A stretch of DNA of 64,000 bases. Origin: Mycobacteriales bacterium. Lineage in GTDB: Bacteria; Actinomycetota; Actinomycetes; Mycobacteriales; CAJCIY01. Shown in pieces: positions 36,713 to 44,511 of this stretch. The notes beneath the pieces were generated by a model that worked only from the letters and a program-made list of their open reading frames with translations, had not been told where the DNA came from and did not search any database. Location: contig DASVGV010000081.1 of the NCBI GenBank assembly GCA_036379355.1, positions 6,923 through 70,922 of the forward strand, given 5' to 3'. The position numbers and the translations under genes are program-made. The first letter of the stretch is position 1, and each line of letters starts with the position of its first letter.

Positions 36713-39061
36713 ATGACCATCCAGGAGGCGGTGCACCCCGACCCGGAGCCGCGGGCCGGGATCGGCCGCCGGCGTTTCCTCGGCTACGTGCTCGCCGCGC
36801 CCGTGCTGACGGTGGCGGCGCGATGGACGCTGGACACACCCGCCGCGCGCGCGGCCACCCCCACCGGCGGCGTCCCGTCCGGACCCCAGCTGTCGGACAC
36901 GGTCGACCTCAACGACCTGCTCACCGATGCCACCCTTCCCACCGCGAACCTCATCACCGTCGTGGTGAACACCGACGGCACCGCGTCGTTCGCCCTGCCG
37001 CGCGCCGAGAGCGGCCAGGGCATCACCACGTCCAGCGCGATGCTCATCGCCGAGGAGCTCGACCTGCCTCTCGACAAGATCATCATGACGCTCGCGGACG
37101 CCCGCCCCGAGCTGGTGTTCAACCAGTTCACGGCCGGGTCGAACACGACGATCTCGACGTACACGCCGATCCGGGTGGCGGCCGCGCTCGCGCGGCAGCG
37201 GCTGCTGGAGGCAGCCGCCGTCGAGCTCGGCGACGAGGTCACGAACCTGCGGACCAGCCTCGGCTCGGTGATCTCCTCGACCGGCCGCTCCGTCTCGTAC
37301 GGCGCCCTTGCTGCCCAGGCGGCGAGTGCCACCGTCCAGGCGCAGGCGGTGACGTTGAAGGACCCGTCCGACTTCACCGTGATCGGCACCCCGCAGAACC
37401 GCATCGACGCGCTGGCGGCGGTCACCGGGCAGAAGCAGTACGCGATGGATCTCGACGTCGCGGGCGCCCTGCCCACCATGGTCTGCCGCGCCCCCACCCT
37501 CAACGGCACCGTCCAGGCCGTGCGCAACTCCGCGCAGGTGAAGGGGATGCCGGGCATCACCGACGTCGCCGTCATCCCGACAGGGGTCGCGGTCCGGGGT
37601 GCCACGTTCGGCCAGGTCATCGACGCGGTCCGCGCCCTGGACGTCTCGTGGGGCCCCGGCAACGTCGACGGCGAGTCCGACGGCACCGTGCTCGCAGCGC
37701 TGCAGGCCGCGGAGCTGCCGATGGCGGTGCCGAAGGTGCCGGCCCTGGCGACGACGCTCGACGCCCGGTTCACCTTCTACTGGCGCAGCAACAGCGCCCT
37801 CGAACCGCAGACCGCCGTCGCCGACGTGCGCGCCGGCTCGGCCGAGGTCTGGTCGGCGATGCAGAGCCCGATCCTCACCCAGCAGACGGTGGCCACCGCC
37901 CTGGGCCTGCCGGTCAGTGCGGTCACGGCGCACGTCGTCCAGGCCGGTGGGGCGTTCGGCCGGCGGATGTTCAGCAACGTGGTGGTCGAGGCGGCGCAGA
38001 TCTCGAAGGCCGTCGGCAAGCCGGTCAAGCTGATGTGGGACCGCACCGCCGAGTTCCGCTACGGCCGCGTCCACCCGATGTGCACGTCGCGAGTCCGCGC
38101 GACGGTCCTCGGCGGCAACGTCCTCAGCTTCGAGCAGCGGCACACCAGCGTGGCCACCGACTACACGCAAGGGTTCGGCGAGATCCTCTCCTCGACCGCC
38201 GGCAAGCTGCCCGAAGGCGACTTCCTCGGCTACTCCCAGACCGTGTTCGAGACGACGACGAACGTGCCCTACAACGTCGGTGTCGTCAGCCAGCTGCTCA
38301 ACGAGATCTTCCAGTACGACACGTTCCACAGCGGCAGCGTGCGCAACCTCTACAACCCCGAGGTCGTCACCGCCGTCGAGCTGATGGTCGACCAGATCGC
38401 CCGCGTGGTGGGCAAGGACCCGTACGCGCTGCGCCGTTCGCTCGTGAAGGACCCCCGCGCCGGCGCGGTCCTGGACGCCGTGGCCAAGGCCGGCGCGTGG
38501 GGCCGGTCCATGCCGGCGAACACCGCCCAGGGCATCGCGATCCACACCGAGTACAAGGGCGCCACCGCCTGCCTCGTCGAGCTCGACAACACCCCTGCCA
38601 CCGTCCGCCGCACGATCCGTGACGCAGTCACCGGGCCGCGGGTCACCAAGGTGGTCTTCGCCATCGACGCCGGCTTGCCGATCAACCCGCGCGGCCTGGA
38701 GGCCCAGATGATGGGCGGTGTCAACTCGGCCATCGGCCAGGTGCTGACCGAGAGCCTGCACCTGCAGGACGGGCACTTCCTGGAAGGCAGCTGGGACAAC
38801 TACTTCTACACGCGGCAGTGGAACGCGCCGCCCGACCTGCAGGTCATCGTGATGCCGCCGACGACGGGGGAGCCCGGAGGCGCGGGCGAGTTCGGCGTCG
38901 CCGCCGCGAAGGCGGCCGTCGCCTGCGCCTACGCCCGCGCGACCGGCTCGCTCCCGACGTCGTTCCCCGTCAACCACGACGGCCCGCTCGCGTTCACGCC
39001 GTACCCGACCGTGCCGTCGATGCCGCAGTCACCCACCGACGGCCTGGACCACGCCTACTAG
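36713..39061 (+). CDS. molybdopterin-dependent oxidoreductase, xanthine dehydrogenase/aldehyde oxidase family large subunit (IorB-like), Tat signal
   Basis: 782 aa with a twin-arginine signal 'GRRRFLGYVLAAPVLTVAA', 'AESGQGITTSSAMLIAEEL' and 'QAGGAFGRR'. Confidence 0.85.
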   Translation: MTIQEAVHPDPEPRAGIGRRRFLGYVLAAPVLTVAARWTLDTPAARAATPTGGVPSGPQLSDTVDLNDLLTDATLPTANLITVVVNTDGTASFALPRAESGQGITTSSAMLIAEELDLPLDKIIMTLADARPELVFNQFTAGSNTTISTYTPIRVAAALARQRLLEAAAVELGDEVTNLRTSLGSVISSTGRSVSYGALAAQAASATVQAQAVTLKDPSDFTVIGTPQNRIDALAAVTGQKQYAMDLDVAGALPTMVCRAPTLNGTVQAVRNSAQVKGMPGITDVAVIPTGVAVRGATFGQVIDAVRALDVSWGPGNVDGESDGTVLAALQAAELPMAVPKVPALATTLDARFTFYWRSNSALEPQTAVADVRAGSAEVWSAMQSPILTQQTVATALGLPVSAVTAHVVQAGGAFGRRMFSNVVVEAAQISKAVGKPVKLMWDRTAEFRYGRVHPMCTSRVRATVLGGNVLSFEQRHTSVATDYTQGFGEILSSTAGKLPEGDFLGYSQTVFETTTNVPYNVGVVSQLLNEIFQYDTFHSGSVRNLYNPEVVTAVELMVDQIARVVGKDPYALRRSLVKDPRAGAVLDAVAKAGAWGRSMPANTAQGIAIHTEYKGATACLVELDNTPATVRRTIRDAVTGPRVTKVVFAIDAGLPINPRGLEAQMMGGVNSAIGQVLTESLHLQDGHFLEGSWDNYFYTRQWNAPPDLQVIVMPPTTGEPGGAGEFGVAAAKAAVACAYARATGSLPTSFPVNHDGPLAFTPYPTVPSMPQSPTDGLDHAY

Positions 39062-39069
39062 GAGCGCCC

Positions 39070-39552
39070 GTGCCCACCCACTCGTTCACCCTCAACGGCA
39101 AGGCGGTCACCGTCGACTGCGACGACGACCTGCGGCTGCTGTGGGTGCTGCGCGACCTGCTCGGCGTGCACGGGCCCAAGTACGGCTGCGGGCTCGACGT
39201 CTGCAAGGCGTGCACCTCGCACGTCGACGGCGAGGCGTTCAACCCGTGCTCGGTCCCGGTCAAGGACGTCGAGGGCCGGGAGATCACCACGATCGAGGGA
39301 CTGCCCGCGACGGTGGGGAAGGCCCTGCACCCGATGCAGCAGGCCTGGCTCGACCGCGACGTGCCGCAGTGCGGCTACTGCCAACCCGGCCAGATCATGG
39401 CTGCGGTCGCGAAGGTGCAGGAGGTCCGCGCGGCCGGCGGCGACATCACCGCGCTCGACGACGCGGCGTTCGACGAGATCCGCAACATCTGCCGCTGCGG
39501 CACCTACCAGCGCATCCGCGAGGCCACCATCGCCGGCGCTCAGGGCATGTAG
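39070..39552 (+). CDS. (2Fe-2S)-binding small subunit (IorA/CoxS-like)
   Basis: This is the 3' part of ORF 38818..39552. GTG 39070 lies after AGGAG (39060-39064). Motifs are 'GCGLDVCKACT', 'QCGYCQPGQIM' and 'NICRCGTY'. There is no signal peptide. Confidence 0.88.
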   Translation: MPTHSFTLNGKAVTVDCDDDLRLLWVLRDLLGVHGPKYGCGLDVCKACTSHVDGEAFNPCSVPVKDVEGREITTIEGLPATVGKALHPMQQAWLDRDVPQCGYCQPGQIMAAVAKVQEVRAAGGDITALDDAAFDEIRNICRCGTYQRIREATIAGAQGM

Positions 39553-39563
39553 GCGCCCACGCG

Positions 39564-40367
39564 TCAGCGCCCCTGCCAGGTGGGCTCGCGCTTGGCCAGG
39601 AACGCGGTGATCCCCTCCTGCGCGTCGCAGGTCACCGCGTTCGCCGCCATCGTCCGGCCCATGAGCTCGTACGCCCGATCCTGCGGCTCGTCGATCTGCC
39701 GGTAGAACGCCTCCTTGCCGATCTTCACGGTGAGCGGGCTGGCGACGGCGACCTGCCGGGCCAGGTCGAGGGCGGCGTCCAGCACCTGGTCGGCCGGGAC
39801 GACGGCGTTGACGAGGCCCCACTCGGCCGCGGTCCGCGCGTCGATCGCCCGGCCGGTGAGCAGCATCTCCATCGCCCGCTTCCGGCCGATGTTCCTCGAC
39901 AGGGCGACCATCGGGGTCGAGCAGAAGAGTCCGATCCGTACGCCAGGGGTGGCGAAGGTCGCGGTCTCCGCGGCCACCGCGAGGTCGCACGTCGCGACGA
40001 GCTGGCAGCCGGCCGCCGTCGCGATCCCCTGCACGGCCGCGACCACCGGCTGCGGGATGCGCTGGACCGTCTGCATCAGCTCGGTGCAGGCGTCGAACGT
40101 CTGCTGCTGGTCGTCCTGGGTCCGGTCGACGAGCTCGCGCAGGTCGTGGCCGGAGGAGAACGCCGGGCCGCTCGCCGCCAGCACGATGCTGTGCACCTCG
40201 GGCCGCTCCGCCTGCTGCGCCAGCGTGGCGGTCAGGTCGCGCATCATCGCCAGCGACAGCGCGTTGCGGCTGCGGGGCTGGTCGAGGGTGACGACGACCG
40301 CAGGGAGCCGGTCGTCCACGCGCACGTTGACGGTTCGTACGGGGGTCTCGCCGAGCGTGTCGGTCAT
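39564..40367 (-). CDS. enoyl-CoA hydratase/isomerase (crotonase) family
   Basis: I trimmed the start to ATG 40367 ('MTDTLGETPV...'). Motifs are 'VLAASGPAFSSGHDL', 'PVVAAVQGIATAAGCQL' and 'EGITAFLAKREP'. Confidence 0.88.
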   Translation of the reverse strand: MTDTLGETPVRTVNVRVDDRLPAVVVTLDQPRSRNALSLAMMRDLTATLAQQAERPEVHSIVLAASGPAFSSGHDLRELVDRTQDDQQQTFDACTELMQTVQRIPQPVVAAVQGIATAAGCQLVATCDLAVAAETATFATPGVRIGLFCSTPMVALSRNIGRKRAMEMLLTGRAIDARTAAEWGLVNAVVPADQVLDAALDLARQVAVASPLTVKIGKEAFYRQIDEPQDRAYELMGRTMAANAVTCDAQEGITAFLAKREPTWQGR

Positions 40368-40422
40368 AGCAGCATCATGCGCCGAGGCGAGACGCTGCCG
40401 CGGGCCCACGTATCGTCGGGGC

Positions 40423-41439
40423 GTGGCCACGGGTGAGGTGAGGGACCGGCTGGACCGGCCGGTGCGCGATCTCCGCCTGTCGGTCACCGACCGGTGCAAC
40501 TTCCGCTGCACGTACTGCATGCCGCGCGAGGTCTTCGGGCCGGACCATGCGTTCCTGTCCCGCGAGGAGATCCTCAGCTACGAGGAGTTCACCCGTCTCG
40601 TCCGCGTGTTCGTCGGACTGGGGGTCCGGAAGGTCCGCCTCACCGGCGGCGAGCCGCTGCTGCGGCGCGACCTCGAGACGCTGGTGGAGATGATCGCGGC
40701 GGTGCCGGGCGTCGAGGACCTGGCGCTCACGACGAACGGCTCCCTCCTCGCGGCGCGGGCCGCCTCGCTGCGGGCCGCCGGGCTGCATCGCGTGACGGTC
40801 AGCCTCGACAGCGTCGACCCGGTCGTCTTCCGGGCGATGGCCGACGTGCGGCTCCCGCTCGCGGTCGTGCTCGACGGCATCGCCGCGGCGGCCGAGGCCG
40901 GCTTCGCCCCGGTCAAGCTGAACGCCGTCATCCGCCGGGGCGTCAACGACGCGGGCGTGCCCGACCTCGTCGAGTACGCCCGCCAGAACGGTCACACCCT
41001 GCGCTTCATCGAGTTCATGGACGTCGGGACCACCAACCACTGGGTGCACGACGAGGTGGTCGCCGCCGACGAGATCATCGCCCGGGTCGGCGCCCTCCAC
41101 CCGCTCGAGCAGGTGGCCCCGGCCCGCCGCGGCGAGGTTGCCAAGCGCTGGCGGTACGTCGACGGCCGGGGGGAGATCGGCGTGATCTCCTCGGTGACAC
41201 AGCCGTTCTGCGGCGACTGCACGCGCGCGCGGATCACCTCGACGGGCGAGCTGTTCACCTGCCTGTTCGGAGCCGTCGGCACCGACCTGCGCGGGCTGCT
41301 GCGCGGCGGCGCGTCCGACGAGGACCTGCGTGCGGCCGTCAGCGGGGTCTGGTCCGCCCGGGAGGATCGGTACTCCGAGCTGCGCAGCACAGCGGGGGGG
41401 GAGCGCCCCCGCGCGGAGATGTCCTACCTGGGCGGCTGA
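40423..41439 (+). CDS. moaA: GTP 3',8-cyclase MoaA (radical SAM, molybdenum cofactor biosynthesis)
   Basis: This is the 3' part of ORF 39715..41439. It has 'LRLSVTDRCNFRCTYCMP', 'LTGGEPLLR' and the C-terminal cluster 'FCGDCTRARITSTG'. The start is GTG 40423 or 40438. Confidence 0.9.
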   Translation: MATGEVRDRLDRPVRDLRLSVTDRCNFRCTYCMPREVFGPDHAFLSREEILSYEEFTRLVRVFVGLGVRKVRLTGGEPLLRRDLETLVEMIAAVPGVEDLALTTNGSLLAARAASLRAAGLHRVTVSLDSVDPVVFRAMADVRLPLAVVLDGIAAAAEAGFAPVKLNAVIRRGVNDAGVPDLVEYARQNGHTLRFIEFMDVGTTNHWVHDEVVAADEIIARVGALHPLEQVAPARRGEVAKRWRYVDGRGEIGVISSVTQPFCGDCTRARITSTGELFTCLFGAVGTDLRGLLRGGASDEDLRAAVSGVWSAREDRYSELRSTAGGERPRAEMSYLGG

Positions 41440-41457
41440 CGGCTCCGGACGCCGGGG

Positions 41458-42585
41458 TCAGTCCCCGTCCGGCGCGGTCCGCAGGCCGGCCGACCACTTC
41501 TCCTCGATGCGGCCCACGCGCCAGACGGCCAGGGCGATCACCCAGGTCACGACGAACAGGCCCGCGATGACGAACCCTAGGGTGTTGAGGTCGGCGTTCT
41601 GCAGGTCGCTCCAGAACTGTCCGGTCACCCCGAGCTGCTGCGAGAGCAGGCCCAGCAGCTCGACGCCGCCGATGACCACGGCGACGAGGACCGACAGCGC
41701 GGTGATCGTGATGTTGTAGAACACCTTGCGTACGGGCCGGGAGAAGGCCCAGCCGTAGGCGAAGTTCATGAACGTGCCGTCGATCGTGTCGAACAGGCAC
41801 ATGCCCGCGGCGAACAGCAGGGGCAGGGCGAGGATCGCGTACCAGGGCAGGGCGCTGGCGGCCCCGGCCGCCGCCAGGACCAGCAGCGCGACCTCGGTGG
41901 CGGTGTCGAACCCGAGGCCGAACAGCAGGCCCACGGCGTACATCTGACCGGGCCTGGTGATCGACCGCATGATCGGCCGCAGCAGCCGGTTCAGGAGGCC
42001 CCGGGTCGCGAGGTGCTCCTCGAGCGTCTCCTCGTCGTACCGGCCGCGGCGCATGTCGCGGAAGACGCGCAGGATGCCGACGAGGATCACCACGTTGATC
42101 GCCGCGATGGCGAGCAGGAACGTGCCGGAGACGCCGGTGCCGATGAGGCCGGTGTAGTGGTGCAGTCTCGAGTCACCGTTCTCGACCGGGCCGACGACGG
42201 CCTTGACGCCGATCGACAGCAGGAACGCGAGCGCGAACACGATGGTGGAGTGGCCGAGGGAGAACCAGAACCCCACCGACAGCGGGCGCCGTCCGTCGTG
42301 CATCAGCTTCCGCGTGGTGTTGTCGATGGCGGCGATGTGGTCGGCGTCGAAGGCATGGCGCATGCCCAGGGTGTAGGCCGTGACGCCGATCCCGACGCCG
42401 TACGTCTTCGCGCCGAGGGACAGGTGCTGGCCGGCCACCAGCGCGACGACCAGCCAGCCGACGACGTTCAGCGCAACGATCACCGCCGCCATCGCGCCGA
42501 GCCGCGACCACTCGCGGCGGCTCAGGCCGGTACGCACGCGGGTGAGCACGCCGACCGCCGGCCGGGCGGGGGCAGGCGCGGTCAT
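41458..42585 (-). CDS. HoxN/HupN/NixA-family nickel/cobalt permease (NiCoT)
   Basis: It carries the signature 'RHAFDADHIAAIDNTTR', 'LGHSTIV' and 'GLGFDTATE'. I placed the start at ATG 42585 ('MTAPAP...'); the ORF track begins at TTG 42606. Confidence 0.88.
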   Translation of the reverse strand: MTAPAPARPAVGVLTRVRTGLSRREWSRLGAMAAVIVALNVVGWLVVALVAGQHLSLGAKTYGVGIGVTAYTLGMRHAFDADHIAAIDNTTRKLMHDGRRPLSVGFWFSLGHSTIVFALAFLLSIGVKAVVGPVENGDSRLHHYTGLIGTGVSGTFLLAIAAINVVILVGILRVFRDMRRGRYDEETLEEHLATRGLLNRLLRPIMRSITRPGQMYAVGLLFGLGFDTATEVALLVLAAAGAASALPWYAILALPLLFAAGMCLFDTIDGTFMNFAYGWAFSRPVRKVFYNITITALSVLVAVVIGGVELLGLLSQQLGVTGQFWSDLQNADLNTLGFVIAGLFVVTWVIALAVWRVGRIEEKWSAGLRTAPDGD

Positions 42586-42604
42586 GTTGCGAGTATGTCG
42601 CAAC
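42586..42604. promoter_or_regulatory. perfect palindrome GTTGCGA-N5-TCGCAAC abutting the NiCoT start codon
   Basis: Read directly. It fills most of the 25-nt gap between the stop of ORF 42611..42967 and ATG 42585. No Shine-Dalgarno motif is visible in that gap. Confidence 0.35.
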
Positions 42605-42610
42605 AACGGA

Positions 42611-42967
42611 TCACGCGGTCGTGTCGCTCCGCCGGCGGCTGCGCAGCCATGTGACTGCCGGTGGACCGATCAGCAGGGCGACACCGCCGGCTCCAGTCCC
42701 GATCGTCGTGTATCGCCTGTCCGCCAGCGTGTTTCGGCAGTCGTGCAGGGCCCGCTCGCCCGCTGCGGCCAGCCGTTGCGGCGGCTCGCCGATCGCTCCG
42801 GCGACGAAGTGCGCGAAGCGGATCGACTCCTCGATGTTCGCCAGGCGCGGGGACACGACGCTGCCGCAGGAGACGCCGTCCGCCGCGGCGCTGCTGAACA
42901 GGGCGGTGCCGGCGAAGGCCAGCAGGGCGAGGCCGAGGACCGCCGTGACGATCCGCAGCAGGCCCAT
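42611..42967 (-). CDS. hypothetical small membrane protein (2 predicted TM helices, 2 Cys)
   Basis: 118 aa. ATG 42967 is preceded on the minus strand by GGGAGGA with a 7-nt spacer. It has an N-terminal helix 'LLRIVTAVLGLALLAFAG' and a C-terminal helix 'GAGGVALLIGPPAV'. Third-position GC bias is consistent with coding. Confidence 0.55.
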   Translation of the reverse strand: MGLLRIVTAVLGLALLAFAGTALFSSAAADGVSCGSVVSPRLANIEESIRFAHFVAGAIGEPPQRLAAAGERALHDCRNTLADRRYTTIGTGAGGVALLIGPPAVTWLRSRRRSDTTA

Positions 42968-43067
42968 CGCGGCATCCTCCCGCAGCGGGCCGAAGGTCGG
43001 TCCGCCGGTGGCTGCCGGCAGTTCTCTCGCCGCGCCCGCCGCGCCGGCGCGGTGTTACCTTCGCGAC

Positions 43068-43718
43068 GTGGATGCCGCGGCCGTCGCGCGCGGCCGGACG
43101 GTACGCGCGCTGCTCTTCGGTGCGGTGACCACGTCGGCGGCGGTCCTCGCGCACTGGTCCGGCTCGGGCATGACTGCCCCACTGGGCGTGGTGGCCGCGG
43201 GCTTCGCGGTGGCAACGCTCGTCGGATGGCGGCTGGTACCCCGCCGCCGGGCCCGCTCGGTCGTCCTGGCGTCGGTCGGCCTCCAGGTCGCCCTGCACGC
43301 CGCGTTCGCCGCCGGCATGGCGGCCGGCGGCATGCGGGTCATGTCCCTGCTCCTGTGCCAGGCGGGACACGTCCAGGGTGTCCGCGTCGACGCGCCGCCC
43401 GGGTTCCTCGCGCCGCAGCACGGCCTGCTGGCGATGACGGTCGGCCTGCCGGGCCTGCCGATGCTCCTCGCCCACGTGGTCGCTGGCGCTGTCTCCGGCG
43501 GCTGGCTGTACGCCGTCGACCACCTGGGCCGGGCGCTCGCCGCCGTCGCCCACGCCGTGCTGCGCTCGGCGCTGCCGGCGGTGCCGGCCGCCGGGACGAT
43601 CGCGTACCGCCCGCCGGCGCCGCGCCCGGGCCGCCGCCGGCGCGCCATTGCCGACACGTGCGACGAGGTGCGGGCGGGATGCGGCCGCCGCGGGCCCCCG
43701 GCCCTCGCGTCCTGCTGA
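43068..43718 (+). CDS. hypothetical polytopic membrane protein (about 4 TM, His/Met-containing helices)
   Basis: This is the 3' part of ORF 42621..43718 from GTG 43068. Hydrophobic segments include 'ALLFGAVTTSAAVLAHW', 'LGVVAAGFAVATLVGW', 'VVLASVGLQVALHAAFAAGM' and 'LPMLLAHVVAGAVSGGW'. I recognise no family. Confidence 0.5.
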   Translation: MDAAAVARGRTVRALLFGAVTTSAAVLAHWSGSGMTAPLGVVAAGFAVATLVGWRLVPRRRARSVVLASVGLQVALHAAFAAGMAAGGMRVMSLLLCQAGHVQGVRVDAPPGFLAPQHGLLAMTVGLPGLPMLLAHVVAGAVSGGWLYAVDHLGRALAAVAHAVLRSALPAVPAAGTIAYRPPAPRPGRRRRAIADTCDEVRAGCGRRGPPALASC

Positions 43719-43806
43719 CCTCGTCCGGGACCGGTGACGGTCCATCACGCGGAGCGCCGCGACGGCCAGACCCGTCGCCGCCCGCATCACCTCAGGAGCA
43801 TTCCTC

Positions 43807-44469
43807 ATGTCACGTTCTGTTTCGACGCGCCCGCGGGGCGCGAGCCGCTTCGCCCGCCGGGTGGCGGTGCTGGCCGCGGCCGCGGGCCTCGCGGTCCTCG
43901 CCACCGCCTGCGGTTCCGGCAGCGGCGGGCTCACCGCAGTCCAGCTCGGGAAGCCGGAGGCCATCCCGGCCCAGACCTTCACCGACACGGCGGGCCAGCC
44001 CTACGACCTCCAGCAGCAGGCCAAGGGCAAGCTCACGCTGGTCTACTTCGGCTACACCAACTGCCCCGACGTGTGCCCGACGACGATGGCCGACATCGGT
44101 ACGGCGCTGCGCTCGCTGCCGGCCAGCACCCAGAAGAAGGTGCAGGTCGTGTTCGTCACCAGCGACCCCGGACGGGACACCCCGCCGAAGATCCGGGCCT
44201 GGCTGGACCACTTCGACCAGGGCCTCGCCAACCCCTTCGTGGGCCTGCGCACGACCGTGCCGGCCGTGGACGCGTTCGGCCAGAAGCTCGGCATCCCGCT
44301 CGAGCCGCCGGTGATCAAGCAGGACGGTACGGAGGACGTCTACGAGGTCACCCACGGGGCCGCCGTGCTGATCTTCGCGCCGAAGACCGCCACGGCCGAC
44401 TACACGTGGCTGCCCGGAGCCACCGCGCAGCAGTACGCCCACGACATCAAGCACTTCGTGTCCTCGTAG
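43807..44469 (+). CDS. SCO1/SenC-family copper chaperone (thioredoxin fold), lipoprotein
   Basis: 220 aa with a lipobox 'LATAC', the copper-binding motif 'YTNCPDVCP' and a conserved His in 'EVTHGAAV'. Confidence 0.9.
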   Translation: MSRSVSTRPRGASRFARRVAVLAAAAGLAVLATACGSGSGGLTAVQLGKPEAIPAQTFTDTAGQPYDLQQQAKGKLTLVYFGYTNCPDVCPTTMADIGTALRSLPASTQKKVQVVFVTSDPGRDTPPKIRAWLDHFDQGLANPFVGLRTTVPAVDAFGQKLGIPLEPPVIKQDGTEDVYEVTHGAAVLIFAPKTATADYTWLPGATAQQYAHDIKHFVSS

Positions 44470-44475
44470 CGCCGT

Positions 44476-44506
44476 CGGGTGCCCGCCGCCACGCGGCGGG
44501 CACCCG
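44476..44506. terminator. bidirectional stem-loop (13-bp perfect stem CGGGTGCCCGCCG / CGGCGGGCACCCG, 5-nt loop) between convergent genes
   Basis: Read directly between the SCO stop (44469) and the amidase stop (44512). Confidence 0.6.
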
Positions 44507-44511
44507 AGCGG

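Noticed and set aside
40368-40422. Possible Moco riboswitch upstream of moaA.
   Set aside because: The divergent intergenic region is only 55 nt, too short for the ~130-nt Moco RNA motif.
42586-43067. Possible cobalamin or NiCo riboswitch upstream of the Ni/Co permease.
   Set aside because: I could not find a B12-box-like element or conserved riboswitch core in the minus-strand leader. The space is better explained by a 118-aa ORF with a strong ribosome-binding site. Only the short palindrome at 42586-42604 is retained.
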